Virus record (IMG/VR): IMGVR_UViG_3300030339_000006
Reading direction: 5' to 3' (one strand)
Source: a virus
Length of the DNA: 64,000 nucleotides
Below the pieces are notes generated by a model. The model was not told where the DNA came from, did not search any database, and saw only the letters and a program-made list of their open reading frames with translations. Below, piece by piece: positions 45,444 to 53,607 of this stretch. The translations under genes and the position numbers were made by a program. How positions within the stretch are numbered: the stretch's first letter is position 1; each line of letters begins with the position of its first letter.

Positions 45444-45875
45444 ATGAAACTGTATGCATTCTGCCAAGGACACCCGAGTGGTGTTGAAGGATTAACAATC
45501 AGTGCTGACGGTGATGTCATCGCCGGGCATTTCTCTTCGAACTCCACCTGGGCCCGTCACGACATGGGTGCCGATGGTCGGAGCGATTGGAAACACGATA
45601 TCTATGACAAGAAGTACGGTGCCGGCAACTGGGAGATCGAGTGGGTTGAAAACCCGGATGAGCATCCTGGCCTGATGGCTGCGATCGCTGCGAACCACGC
45701 TCAGCCACACCGCCTGACTTACGTCGTGAAGGATGGTCATCTGGTTATCAACTACGGCAGCGACGAGATAAAGCTGGGTGAGGAATTCCTCGAGTCAGAT
45801 CTCAAGAGTAATCGCCTTATCTACCGCTTGAACGACATCTTCGGCGGAGAAGAATGGGAGCTTGATCCGGCATGA
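45444..45875 (+). CDS. Hypothetical protein
   Basis: GAGGA RBS. Confidence 0.6.
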   Translation: MKLYAFCQGHPSGVEGLTISADGDVIAGHFSSNSTWARHDMGADGRSDWKHDIYDKKYGAGNWEIEWVENPDEHPGLMAAIAANHAQPHRLTYVVKDGHLVINYGSDEIKLGEEFLESDLKSNRLIYRLNDIFGGEEWELDPA

Positions 45876-46972
45876 AAACCTTCCTACCCAAACTCTTAAA
45901 GCCCAGTAAGGGCGGCCACTTGCAGCAGTGGGAAGTCTGGTATCGTCCGAAGCTCGACGGGACGGCGGAACTGGGCACGGTCTATGGGCGGGCCTGTGGA
46001 AAGCTTCAGGAACACTCGATCATTATCAAGGAGGGGAAGAACATCGGTCGTAAGAACGAAACGACTCCCCTGACGCAGGCGGAAGCGGAAGCCAAATCGA
46101 TGCACGCGAAGCAGATCCGGACGGGGTATTCCCTGACTGGTGAAGTCGTGGCGGAGAAAGGCGTGATGTTGGCCGCAGATTACTTGGTGCTGGCTCAACG
46201 AAGGAAGGGTGTGGATCTTCCGGGCCGCGTTATCGTGTCACCGAAGCTGGACGGGATCCGTTCCCGGTTCATCTCGGGGAATCACGTATCGCGGGGCCAC
46301 TTGAACTTCCGCGGTATCCCGAGTCGTATCACGGAGTACCTCAATCACGTGAACTCTCCCGCCGACGGGGAGATGTACATCCACGGGATCCCTCTGCGTC
46401 GGCTGAACGGGTTGGTGAACCGCTACGAAGAAGGCCTGACGGAACGCCTGCAGTACCACATCTTCGATCTCCCCGTTCCAGGCATTCCAGTTGAGGAACG
46501 CAAGGCGATCATCGCTGAACGTTTCGACAATCAAGAAGCCCGTGACCAAGGGGTTATCGTGGTGCCATACGAGACCGTTGCCTCAGAGCGGGTCGAGGTC
46601 TACAAGAACCGTTACGTGGAGCTCGGTTTTGAAGGCGTCATGATTAACCTGTTGGGCTTCGAGTACCTGTTCCAGAACAAGCGGGATAACCGTCTGATCA
46701 AGTGGAAAGACTTCTTCGAACGTGAGTACATCGTCACTGAACTCGAAGAGGACGCGGACGGCGGGGCGAAGGCGGTGGCCTACACGGATGAGGGTGTGCG
46801 TTTCACCATCACGCTGAAGGCGGAAGACTGGATCAAAGAGGATCTCCTTCGTCATCCGGAGAAGCTCGTAGGTCTGCCACTGACCACCCGCTACCAGACC
46901 ATCCTGGACAGCGGTATCCCGCAGTTTGCCCGCGGTATCGTTGAGCGTATCTATGAAGGAGACATTGGATGA
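45872..46972 (+). CDS. lig: ATP-dependent DNA ligase
   Basis: SPKLDGIR, DGEMY, YHIFD, FEGVMI, IKWK; N-terminal GKNIGRKNETT domain. Confidence 0.92.
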   Translation: MKTFLPKLLKPSKGGHLQQWEVWYRPKLDGTAELGTVYGRACGKLQEHSIIIKEGKNIGRKNETTPLTQAEAEAKSMHAKQIRTGYSLTGEVVAEKGVMLAADYLVLAQRRKGVDLPGRVIVSPKLDGIRSRFISGNHVSRGHLNFRGIPSRITEYLNHVNSPADGEMYIHGIPLRRLNGLVNRYEEGLTERLQYHIFDLPVPGIPVEERKAIIAERFDNQEARDQGVIVVPYETVASERVEVYKNRYVELGFEGVMINLLGFEYLFQNKRDNRLIKWKDFFEREYIVTELEEDADGGAKAVAYTDEGVRFTITLKAEDWIKEDLLRHPEKLVGLPLTTRYQTILDSGIPQFARGIVERIYEGDIG

Positions 46973-47400
46973 ACATCGAAGAGCTACAGGAGGTAGTTGC
47001 TAACCCGAAGACCTCCCTGGAACAGTACTTGGCTCTTCAGTTGATTGATCTACTGAAGCAGGGGTCCGTGCGAAAGAATTATCTTGCAGGGTATGATGAA
47101 GGCCATTCACGGGGGGTGAATTGCGGAAGGCTTTACAAAGTGGACGATGGCATGCGGGGTCACCGCCATGCTTGTGCGAATGCGTATTCCACTTCTCCGG
47201 AAGTCTCCTGGATACCCTGCCGTGTAAGGAATCCGGAAGAGAGCGGGCGATATCTATGTTATGTCGAAGAGATAAACTCTCTAGGAAAAAGCCACTACCA
47301 GTGGAACTGCTCCTGGAACGGTCAGGTGTGGTCCGACGCAGCACTGACCGGACGTGTTACCCACTGGCGTGAATTACCGGAACGACCGGAGATCAAATGA
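46969..47400 (+). CDS. DUF551-like domain protein
   Basis: WIPC...PE..YL...VTHWRELPERP. Confidence 0.7.
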   Translation: MNIEELQEVVANPKTSLEQYLALQLIDLLKQGSVRKNYLAGYDEGHSRGVNCGRLYKVDDGMRGHRHACANAYSTSPEVSWIPCRVRNPEESGRYLCYVEEINSLGKSHYQWNCSWNGQVWSDAALTGRVTHWRELPERPEIK

Positions 47401-47648
47401 GTGAACTGTTGGAAGTAACTCGGGGAAGAACTACTATGGCATTAGTAGGTCGACACCATCAGGAGTGGCTCAAAATCCTTCAGGCTATCGAGGATGGTGC
47501 AAACCGAGGAGAAACATCCATCGAGGTCGATAACGACTACGGTGATCTGGCCCCGGCCCTCGTAGATGCACTGCGTCTTAAGGGTTTCCGGTCGAACTTC
47601 AATCACGAAGGACGCACCCGTATCTACATTGATTGGAGAGTACGCTAA
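47397..47648 (+). CDS. Hypothetical protein
   Basis: GGAG RBS; ATGA overlap. Confidence 0.6.
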   Translation: MSELLEVTRGRTTMALVGRHHQEWLKILQAIEDGANRGETSIEVDNDYGDLAPALVDALRLKGFRSNFNHEGRTRIYIDWRVR

Positions 47649-47670
47649 ACTCAATAGGACGCGAGTAAAC

Positions 47671-47694
47671 GGGTATAAGTAAGGTGTAACCAAC
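47671..47694 (+). promoter_or_regulatory. Phage promoter GGGTATAAGTAAGGTGTAACCAAC
   Basis: 24 nt identical to 59942-59965. Confidence 0.75.
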
Positions 47695-47709
47695 ATAGGA
47701 GCAATCATC

Positions 47710-47814
47710 ATGACCTACGGTAAAGCCATTCTTATCGCGATCTTATTCGCCACCGCATTCACCGCAGCGGGAACGCTGGACTACAATTCTCAACTGACAG
47801 TACTCAGCCGATAG
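47710..47814 (+). CDS. 34-aa hydrophobic peptide
   Basis: Not in track: MTYGKAILIAILFATAFTAAGTLDYNSQLTVLSR; AGGAG RBS; own promoter and terminator (47821-47850). Confidence 0.65.
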   Translation: MTYGKAILIAILFATAFTAAGTLDYNSQLTVLSR

Positions 47815-47863
47815 TGGCTGGCGGGCGCCTTCACGGGCCCGTTCTTTTTTAGCGAGGAAAGCA

Positions 47864-48490
47864 ATGAACTGGTCTGATATCGATGGCCTGGATGTGGACC
47901 AGGCAGCCGAAGCGATTTGGCAACACAACCACACGAGAACTCGACTGGAGACCATCCGGTCTATGCTCGGAGCGGCACCGACGGATCTGAAGGGTTACCG
48001 TCCGGACGGTGATTACAAACACCAAATGGTCAATCTCGGCCCGTACGCAGAGAAAGTGGTTGCCAGAGTGTTGACAGACGGGGATAATATAGCCTTACGC
48101 TCACCGGACAATAACAACGCCCGGGACATCTACTTCGTCAACAACGGCCGTGTCCAGGATCGTGGACTGCAGGTCAAACTGGGAGATCCAAATGAACACA
48201 TATTCTATTCTCTACGCAAAAGACTTGCTCGTGGCCACGCTGATGACATTGTTCTTGATGACAGTCTCGTCAGTGACGGACGGCTGGGCGAAGCGTTTAC
48301 GCCTTACAAACGCCGCAGTCTACAGACCGCGATTGATGGGGCCGGCGTTCGGGTACTCGGTGTCCCTGGCCTCCTGGCTCGAGCCCGGACCGAAAGAGCT
48401 ATCGATGCTTCACGAGGGGTCCGCAGTGGGATACTTCGAATGGTCCGTGCGGGACAGAATTTAAAATATTCGAAAAAGATTGATGTGTAA
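47864..48490 (+). CDS. Hypothetical protein, possible PD-(D/E/Q)XK fold
   Basis: GAGGA RBS; E...DIYF...LQVK. Confidence 0.55.
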   Translation: MNWSDIDGLDVDQAAEAIWQHNHTRTRLETIRSMLGAAPTDLKGYRPDGDYKHQMVNLGPYAEKVVARVLTDGDNIALRSPDNNNARDIYFVNNGRVQDRGLQVKLGDPNEHIFYSLRKRLARGHADDIVLDDSLVSDGRLGEAFTPYKRRSLQTAIDGAGVRVLGVPGLLARARTERAIDASRGVRSGILRMVRAGQNLKYSKKIDV

Positions 48491-48493
48491 GGG

Positions 48494-48522
48494 TTGACAG
48501 CCAGTGAGCAGAAGGATATAGT
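48494..48522 (+). promoter_or_regulatory. Host sigma70-type promoter
   Basis: TTGACA-N17-TATAGT. Confidence 0.7.
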
Positions 48523-48554
48523 AGCTACATCTTCCACCCAACCTGGTAAACACC

Positions 48555-48773
48555 ATGAAACTGAAGCACGAAGGTCAGCAGTACGAAATCCGCCCTATTC
48601 TTCCAAAGAATAAGGATGGTTCCCAGAAGAAAGGCCGTTATGGCAAAAAGCCGGCGACAGAAATTGTCCACGCTTACTCCGCAGACGCGGCGATGAAACT
48701 GGCAGTGGTACGCGGGATTATCCCAGCGAACACACTGATGTCGTACTACGAAGCCATCCCACTTCGTAAGTAA
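48555..48773 (+). CDS. Small basic protein
   Basis: 72 aa; single-gene unit between sigma70 promoter and terminator. Confidence 0.65.
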   Translation: MKLKHEGQQYEIRPILPKNKDGSQKKGRYGKKPATEIVHAYSADAAMKLAVVRGIIPANTLMSYYEAIPLRK

Positions 48774-48778
48774 CATTT

Positions 48779-48802
48779 GGGCCCACTTCGGTGGGCCTTT
48801 TT
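48779..48802 (+). terminator. Rho-independent terminator
   Basis: GGCCCAC-TTCG-GTGGGCC-TTTTT. Confidence 0.8.
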
Positions 48803-48810
48803 GTTTCTAG

Positions 48811-49018
48811 AATGTTCCAAACCTTTCCCTTATCCGTCAAGCACTTACACCCTTCTGTGACATTGTTACATCGGAACGTCAGAAAGTCACCCTTATTAGA
48901 GACATCTTACCCCTATACATACATTACTATGGATTCAAAATAAGGTATATATAGGATGCTACTACCCTCTAGGGACTAAAGGGGGTGTGTGTTTAGCCGC
49001 GTTGTTCCTGTCACAGAA
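48811..49018. repeat. Non-coding dyad-symmetric element, copy 2
   Basis: Same orientation and block spacing as 13568-13781; bounded by TTCTGTGACA (48853) / TGTCACAGAA (49009). Confidence 0.9.
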
Positions 49019-49100
49019 GTTCCAATCATCCCTCGATTCCCCGGTATAACTATCATGACAAGGTATCTCACTCTGAGAGCCTACTTTATTAGGTGACATT

Positions 49101-50270
49101 ATGAATGCATTGACTCCCAAAGAGCTCCGTGGGCTGGCGGCTACCTGTGATTCTGACGTCCGCTACCTGACCACCGGACAGTTAATCGATCTGGCCGACA
49201 AGATCGAGAACCTGGAAAAGGCCCTCGTGACGCTGGCTTCCTCTCAAGCAGCGAGAGTGGACCGCGTCCAGCGAGGCCTGGCCCGCATCCTCCTTGAAGT
49301 TGACCAAAGTCTGCCGGCTGCAGAGTACACTCAAGCGGAAGTCCGCTTGGTGGTCGACGCGTTGGATCTAGAACGTAAAAAAGCCCCACCGCACGTAGCA
49401 CGTTCCTTCAGCTTCATCCGTAATGAAACACGTCGTATGAGCACAGAGCATTTCTACAGCCTCGGGGAAATGATGAACGTCTTCGAGCACTTCACCGGCG
49501 GTGGTGACTTCCGCACGATCGACAAGATTCGTGAAGCTCTGGACCACGAGCCCGGCGCCTTCCGTCCTGACGAAATGCGAATGGTCCTCATGGCACTCGA
49601 CCAAGCCAAGTCTCTGTGGCCCGAAGCACCGCGTAGCATCAGTCAGATAATGGAGGAGTGTAAGGAACACCGTCCTGTACAAACCCGCTTCTACTCACGG
49701 GAAGAGATGACCGCCGTCCTCAAGTTCTACCGAGCGTTCGACGGTAAATACACCTCTGCAGAGTCTATACGTGGTGCTCTCTTTAAAGGTGTGGCATGTT
49801 TCGGTCATGAGGAGGTGGCGGGGATTTTTCGTGAATGGGACTTGAAACTCCTGCAATTTGATGAGATCCGCACCCGCCAGTGGGATATGGACACGATCAT
49901 CGAACACCTGGAAGGGTACGACGGCTACTACTCGGCGTCCGAAATGCGTCTGATGGCCAAGGACTGGATGGCAGGCAACAAGCTGCGTGCGTGGGAAACT
50001 GACGGCGAGTGTGTCATGGAAGAAGCCCGTGAAGGGAATGACCGCTTCTACTCGCTGCAGGAAGTTCGTAACCTGTGCGATTACTACGAAGCCCGTTCTC
50101 GTATCCCTCTCATGCTCCGTACTCCAAAGACCACACTCGCGGAGATCATCGAGTTTCATAATCGTCCTTGTGGCAAAGGGATGTACTTCGAGTCGGAAGT
50201 GGCTATTCTCCTGCAGGAGATCAAGACCCGTGACCACAAGCTCTACATCATTTGCACGGCCCTGAAATGA
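49101..50270 (+). CDS. Internal-repeat protein (~8 x (F/Y)(Y/F)SxxE(M/V) helical units)
   Basis: EYTQAEV, FYSLGEM, AFRPDEM, FYSREEM, CFGHEEV, YYSASEM, FYSLQEV, MYFESEV; GGTATAAC at 49043. Confidence 0.7.
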   Translation: MNALTPKELRGLAATCDSDVRYLTTGQLIDLADKIENLEKALVTLASSQAARVDRVQRGLARILLEVDQSLPAAEYTQAEVRLVVDALDLERKKAPPHVARSFSFIRNETRRMSTEHFYSLGEMMNVFEHFTGGGDFRTIDKIREALDHEPGAFRPDEMRMVLMALDQAKSLWPEAPRSISQIMEECKEHRPVQTRFYSREEMTAVLKFYRAFDGKYTSAESIRGALFKGVACFGHEEVAGIFREWDLKLLQFDEIRTRQWDMDTIIEHLEGYDGYYSASEMRLMAKDWMAGNKLRAWETDGECVMEEAREGNDRFYSLQEVRNLCDYYEARSRIPLMLRTPKTTLAEIIEFHNRPCGKGMYFESEVAILLQEIKTRDHKLYIICTALK

Positions 50271-50446
50271 AAGGCATCAAAGACTTCGGCCCCTTCTGGG
50301 TAGATGACGATGGCGTCTACCTTAAACCACTGCATTATAAATCGCCGGGATCCTTCCTGATCTCCATGCAATCCGCCCTTAACTTCCTTGAAAGAGAATT
50401 ACCTGATGAATCACAAACAGAAACTTCGCATCCTGACCAAGAATGA
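50267..50446 (+). CDS. Hypothetical protein
   Basis: ATGA overlap. Confidence 0.45.
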   Translation: MKGIKDFGPFWVDDDGVYLKPLHYKSPGSFLISMQSALNFLERELPDESQTETSHPDQE

Positions 50447-50870
50447 AAACTCCGTCCGTCGTAAACTGGCCGCCGGCTGGAATGCCTTCACGCGGGAAGA
50501 AGTGGAGACCCTACTGGGTTCGCTGCAGATGTCCCGCGAGAAAGCTAACCGTCACCGTTACCGCCTGAACGCCGCCTTCCCGATCCCGTACGGCTGGCAC
50601 GACGAAGACGGTACCTTTGCCCTGTACCCGGAAGAGAAGCCGGCGACGGCTCGCAACGTGTTCGTGAAGCCACCTTCCGTGAACTTCGAAGCCGGCTGGC
50701 GTCTACAGAAAGGCGAGAGTGTTCGTGGCTACGGGCGTACCGCAGAGGGTATGCTGCTTGCCCACCGCCCGAAACCACAATCTCCGAACGACGTGCTGCG
50801 TCACTGCCAGAACGTCATCGACCAACTCCGTCAAATCAAGAAGGCTCGCAATGACAGCATTCTCGGTTAA
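50406..50870 (+). CDS. Hypothetical protein
   Basis: Contains AFTREEVETLL, similar to the repeat unit of 49101. Confidence 0.55.
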   Translation: MNHKQKLRILTKNENSVRRKLAAGWNAFTREEVETLLGSLQMSREKANRHRYRLNAAFPIPYGWHDEDGTFALYPEEKPATARNVFVKPPSVNFEAGWRLQKGESVRGYGRTAEGMLLAHRPKPQSPNDVLRHCQNVIDQLRQIKKARNDSILG

Positions 50871-51108
50871 CGAAGAGGGTTCCCTGATTTCCCACATCGG
50901 AGACGGGGTGATCCACTTAACAGGTGGTTACCTTGGTAGTGGAGAGAAAGCTCTGGGCTTCTCGGCCGCCACTCGGAAGTATGAACCCGGGGAATCTATC
51001 CCGATCGAGGACCGCACGACGCCGGTCCATATTATGGCCTTCAAAGATGAAGAAGCGATCGACCGCATGATTGCCTATCTCACCAAACTTAAAGGGATGA
51101 ATAAATGA
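50851..51108 (+). CDS. Tandem paralog 1 of 4, unknown
   Basis: AF..EGS....GDG......G....LGF...F....AID..I..L. Confidence 0.65.
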   Translation: MTAFSVNEEGSLISHIGDGVIHLTGGYLGSGEKALGFSAATRKYEPGESIPIEDRTTPVHIMAFKDEEAIDRMIAYLTKLKGMNK

Positions 51109-51392
51109 GTGCATTCACGCTATACGAAGACGGCACCCTTAACACCACTCTGGGTATCGGAGAGGTTGTTATCGGTACCGGAATCCTCCCCGGCGACCAG
51201 GGGTGTATGGGGTTCTACCAACCGAAAGAAAAAGGCACCCCAGGAGAGGTTGCGGATAACGACCGGCTGGGCGCCCTGGTCCACACCCTTACGTTCACGA
51301 GCCTGGCAGCCGTCGATGCAGCGATAACCGACCTGCAACGTATCCGTCGCTTGATGGAGAGCCGTGCTGAACAAAACCTGGAGAAATCATGA
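51105..51392 (+). CDS. Tandem paralog 2 of 4, unknown
   Basis: AF..EDG....LGIG..IGTG...GCMGF...LTFTS..AVD..I..L. Confidence 0.7.
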   Translation: MSAFTLYEDGTLNTTLGIGEVVIGTGILPGDQGCMGFYQPKEKGTPGEVADNDRLGALVHTLTFTSLAAVDAAITDLQRIRRLMESRAEQNLEKS

Positions 51393-51655
51393 ACGCATTC
51401 ATACGGTTTCCCGATGGGAGCCGAGGAATAGTCCTGGGTACCGGAGACGCTATTGTTGGCACCGGAATGTTTGGGCCACGGACGGGCTGCCTGACTTTCT
51501 TCAAGCCTAACTGCCCTGGCAACTTTAAAGATGAGGTCGCCGACAGCGAGATCGAACGTGCCGTCGTCAACCTGATGTTCACTTCTCCGGAAGCGGTCGA
51601 CGGCCTCATCGAAATGCTTCTCCATGTTAAAAGCACTATGGAGAAGGCAAAATGA
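51389..51655 (+). CDS. Tandem paralog 3 of 4, unknown
   Basis: AF..PDG....LGTG..VGTG...GCLTF...LMFTS.EAVD.LI..L. Confidence 0.7.
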   Translation: MNAFIRFPDGSRGIVLGTGDAIVGTGMFGPRTGCLTFFKPNCPGNFKDEVADSEIERAVVNLMFTSPEAVDGLIEMLLHVKSTMEKAK

Positions 51656-51942
51656 CCACCATACTTCAGGAAGCTTTCACGATAGTTTATGAAGACGACG
51701 GCGCCCCTATCCTGGTAACTCAAATGGGTATCGGTAAGGTGGCGGTCGGTTATGGTCACAATCAGGATGATGAAATGACTACGCTGGAATTCTCAGAGAA
51801 GCTCGGAAAGCCGAAGGAAGGTCTGCTGGATGCTGAGGAAATCGGTGGTAGTACGCACATCATCGCTTTCCCGACCCTGGCTTCTTTAAAGAATTTCCAC
51901 CAGAAGATCGGTGACCTGATCGACAGGGTTTCAGAGGTATAA
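51652..51942 (+). CDS. Tandem paralog 4 of 4, unknown
   Basis: AF...EDDG...MGIG.V.VGYG...LEF...HIIAF. Confidence 0.65.
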   Translation: MTTILQEAFTIVYEDDGAPILVTQMGIGKVAVGYGHNQDDEMTTLEFSEKLGKPKEGLLDAEEIGGSTHIIAFPTLASLKNFHQKIGDLIDRVSEV

Positions 51943-51944
51943 GT

Positions 51945-52436
51945 ATGTTAGTCATCTTGGGAAAAGCCATTGAAGAAGATAACGGGTGGTTCCGACTGCA
52001 CGATGTTTTCTTGGTAAGCGACAGACCTGACTATCTGGCACCGTCCGCGTGGGCGGTGTCACGCAGCTTTAAATTCCTTACCGATAAGCAAAAAGGGCGT
52101 GTGCGGAAAATCGGGGATTATGGTACAATCTGGGTCCGGATTGATATCATCCCGATCTACGCAAAGTGGATATCGATCCATTTCAAACGCAAAGTAGAAG
52201 AGGCGATACATGGCTATAAACTCATCAAAGCTTCGTTCGCGGGCTCCTGCTCGAGTGGCCGAAACGGTAACTCCGAAACCTCGAGTCTCGAAGGGTCCCG
52301 CGAAGCTGAAAATCAAAGACATGACGCTCGATCAGCTCTACGAACAAGAGAAGATTACCCCCAGTGTCAAGACGGCTATCTTGGAGAAAGAAGACTTCTC
52401 CCAGATCCAACCTCGCTACTGCGAGAAGGTGTGTAA
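51945..52436 (+). CDS. KilA-N-like DNA-binding protein
   Basis: DNGWFRLHDV...P.AW...GTIWV...YAKWIS.HF; 3' part overlaps the polymerase N-gene. Confidence 0.55.
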   Translation: MLVILGKAIEEDNGWFRLHDVFLVSDRPDYLAPSAWAVSRSFKFLTDKQKGRVRKIGDYGTIWVRIDIIPIYAKWISIHFKRKVEEAIHGYKLIKASFAGSCSSGRNGNSETSSLEGSREAENQRHDARSALRTREDYPQCQDGYLGERRLLPDPTSLLREGV

Positions 52437-53607
52437 GTTACCCTGTGAGATGAAGCATCACAGACTGGCCGGTCAGAACTATAACCGTGCCGACGTGGTG
52501 ATCATCCAGGACCACCGTGCCGGTCCGGACGGGTGGAAGACGGCAGGGCAGGTCAATCGGTTGCAGGAGACGCAGATCCACACGCTCGCCCGCAACGCCT
52601 TCCCTGACTCTAGCTTCAAAGTGCTCAATCTGGTGAAGTGTCCGAACCTCGACGGTGACGACCCGGATACCCAGAGGAAGAAGCTGACCGCCACGCAGAT
52701 GATGTCCTGTGCACCCTATCTGTGGAGTGAGCTGCGAGAAACGAAACCGAAGGTGATCATCTCCCTGTCTACGGAGGTGACCAAGTCTCTAGGCCTGACG
52801 CAGTCGAACTACAACAACCGGGGCGAGTTCGTTTACTCTAACCTGGATGCTCTCCCTGCGACGCCGGTCGTGATCACTCTGCACCCTCGCGTGCTGAACA
52901 TGTTGCGACAGAACGCCAGCGGGAAGATGTACGGTGCGGACTACACCAGCGTCATTCAGCGGGATTTCGGCAAAGCGACACTGATCATGAAGAACCCCGT
53001 CCCAATCGGTGGCCTTCACGAACGTATCGCTCAGATCATTTCCGATCAGGTCTTTGTAACGACGACGCTGCAGGAAGTGAAGGATGCCATGGAGGATATC
53101 CTCCGACTGCCATCCACCTTCGTAATCTCCTGGGACTTGGAGACGACGAGCCTGGACCCGTGGGCGCCGGATGCCCGCATCCTGACCTGTCAGTTCGGTT
53201 ACCGTCGTCCCGACGGGAAGATCCAAGCGATCGTCATCCCACTCTGGCATCGCAATCAAACGTTCTATGATGCCGATGAAGCGTGGGCCCTGGTCGTTCC
53301 GGTGTTACTCTCCCAGTACGCCAAGGTCGGTCACAACGTGAAGTTTGACATCAAGTACTGTGCAGTCACCACCGGTGTCCGTGTGGTCAACGTGAAGTTC
53401 GACACGATGTTGATGCTCCACTCGTTGAACTCTGGGATCGTTGGGTGCTATGGCTTGAAAGCCGGTGCGTGGGATTATCTCCCGATGCTCGGCCTGGGCG
53501 GTTACGAAGAATTACTCGATGAAACACTCGACGCCGAAGAAATGAAGCGTCTCATTAAGCTTGAGAAAGGGGATACCAATGAAGATGACGAAGAATCTGA
53601 TGATTAA
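52210..53607 (+). CDS. polA: DNA polymerase A, N-terminal chain: UDG-like domain + 3'-5' exonuclease (ExoI, ExoII)
   Basis: C..VC, NLVKCP, C.PYL..E....PKVII.L, TLHP (family-4 UDG-like, as in SPO1-type pol); WDLETTSLDP, GHNVKFD, FDTML, YGLK. Confidence 0.85.
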   Translation: MAINSSKLRSRAPARVAETVTPKPRVSKGPAKLKIKDMTLDQLYEQEKITPSVKTAILEKEDFSQIQPRYCEKVCKLPCEMKHHRLAGQNYNRADVVIIQDHRAGPDGWKTAGQVNRLQETQIHTLARNAFPDSSFKVLNLVKCPNLDGDDPDTQRKKLTATQMMSCAPYLWSELRETKPKVIISLSTEVTKSLGLTQSNYNNRGEFVYSNLDALPATPVVITLHPRVLNMLRQNASGKMYGADYTSVIQRDFGKATLIMKNPVPIGGLHERIAQIISDQVFVTTTLQEVKDAMEDILRLPSTFVISWDLETTSLDPWAPDARILTCQFGYRRPDGKIQAIVIPLWHRNQTFYDADEAWALVVPVLLSQYAKVGHNVKFDIKYCAVTTGVRVVNVKFDTMLMLHSLNSGIVGCYGLKAGAWDYLPMLGLGGYEELLDETLDAEEMKRLIKLEKGDTNEDDEESDD

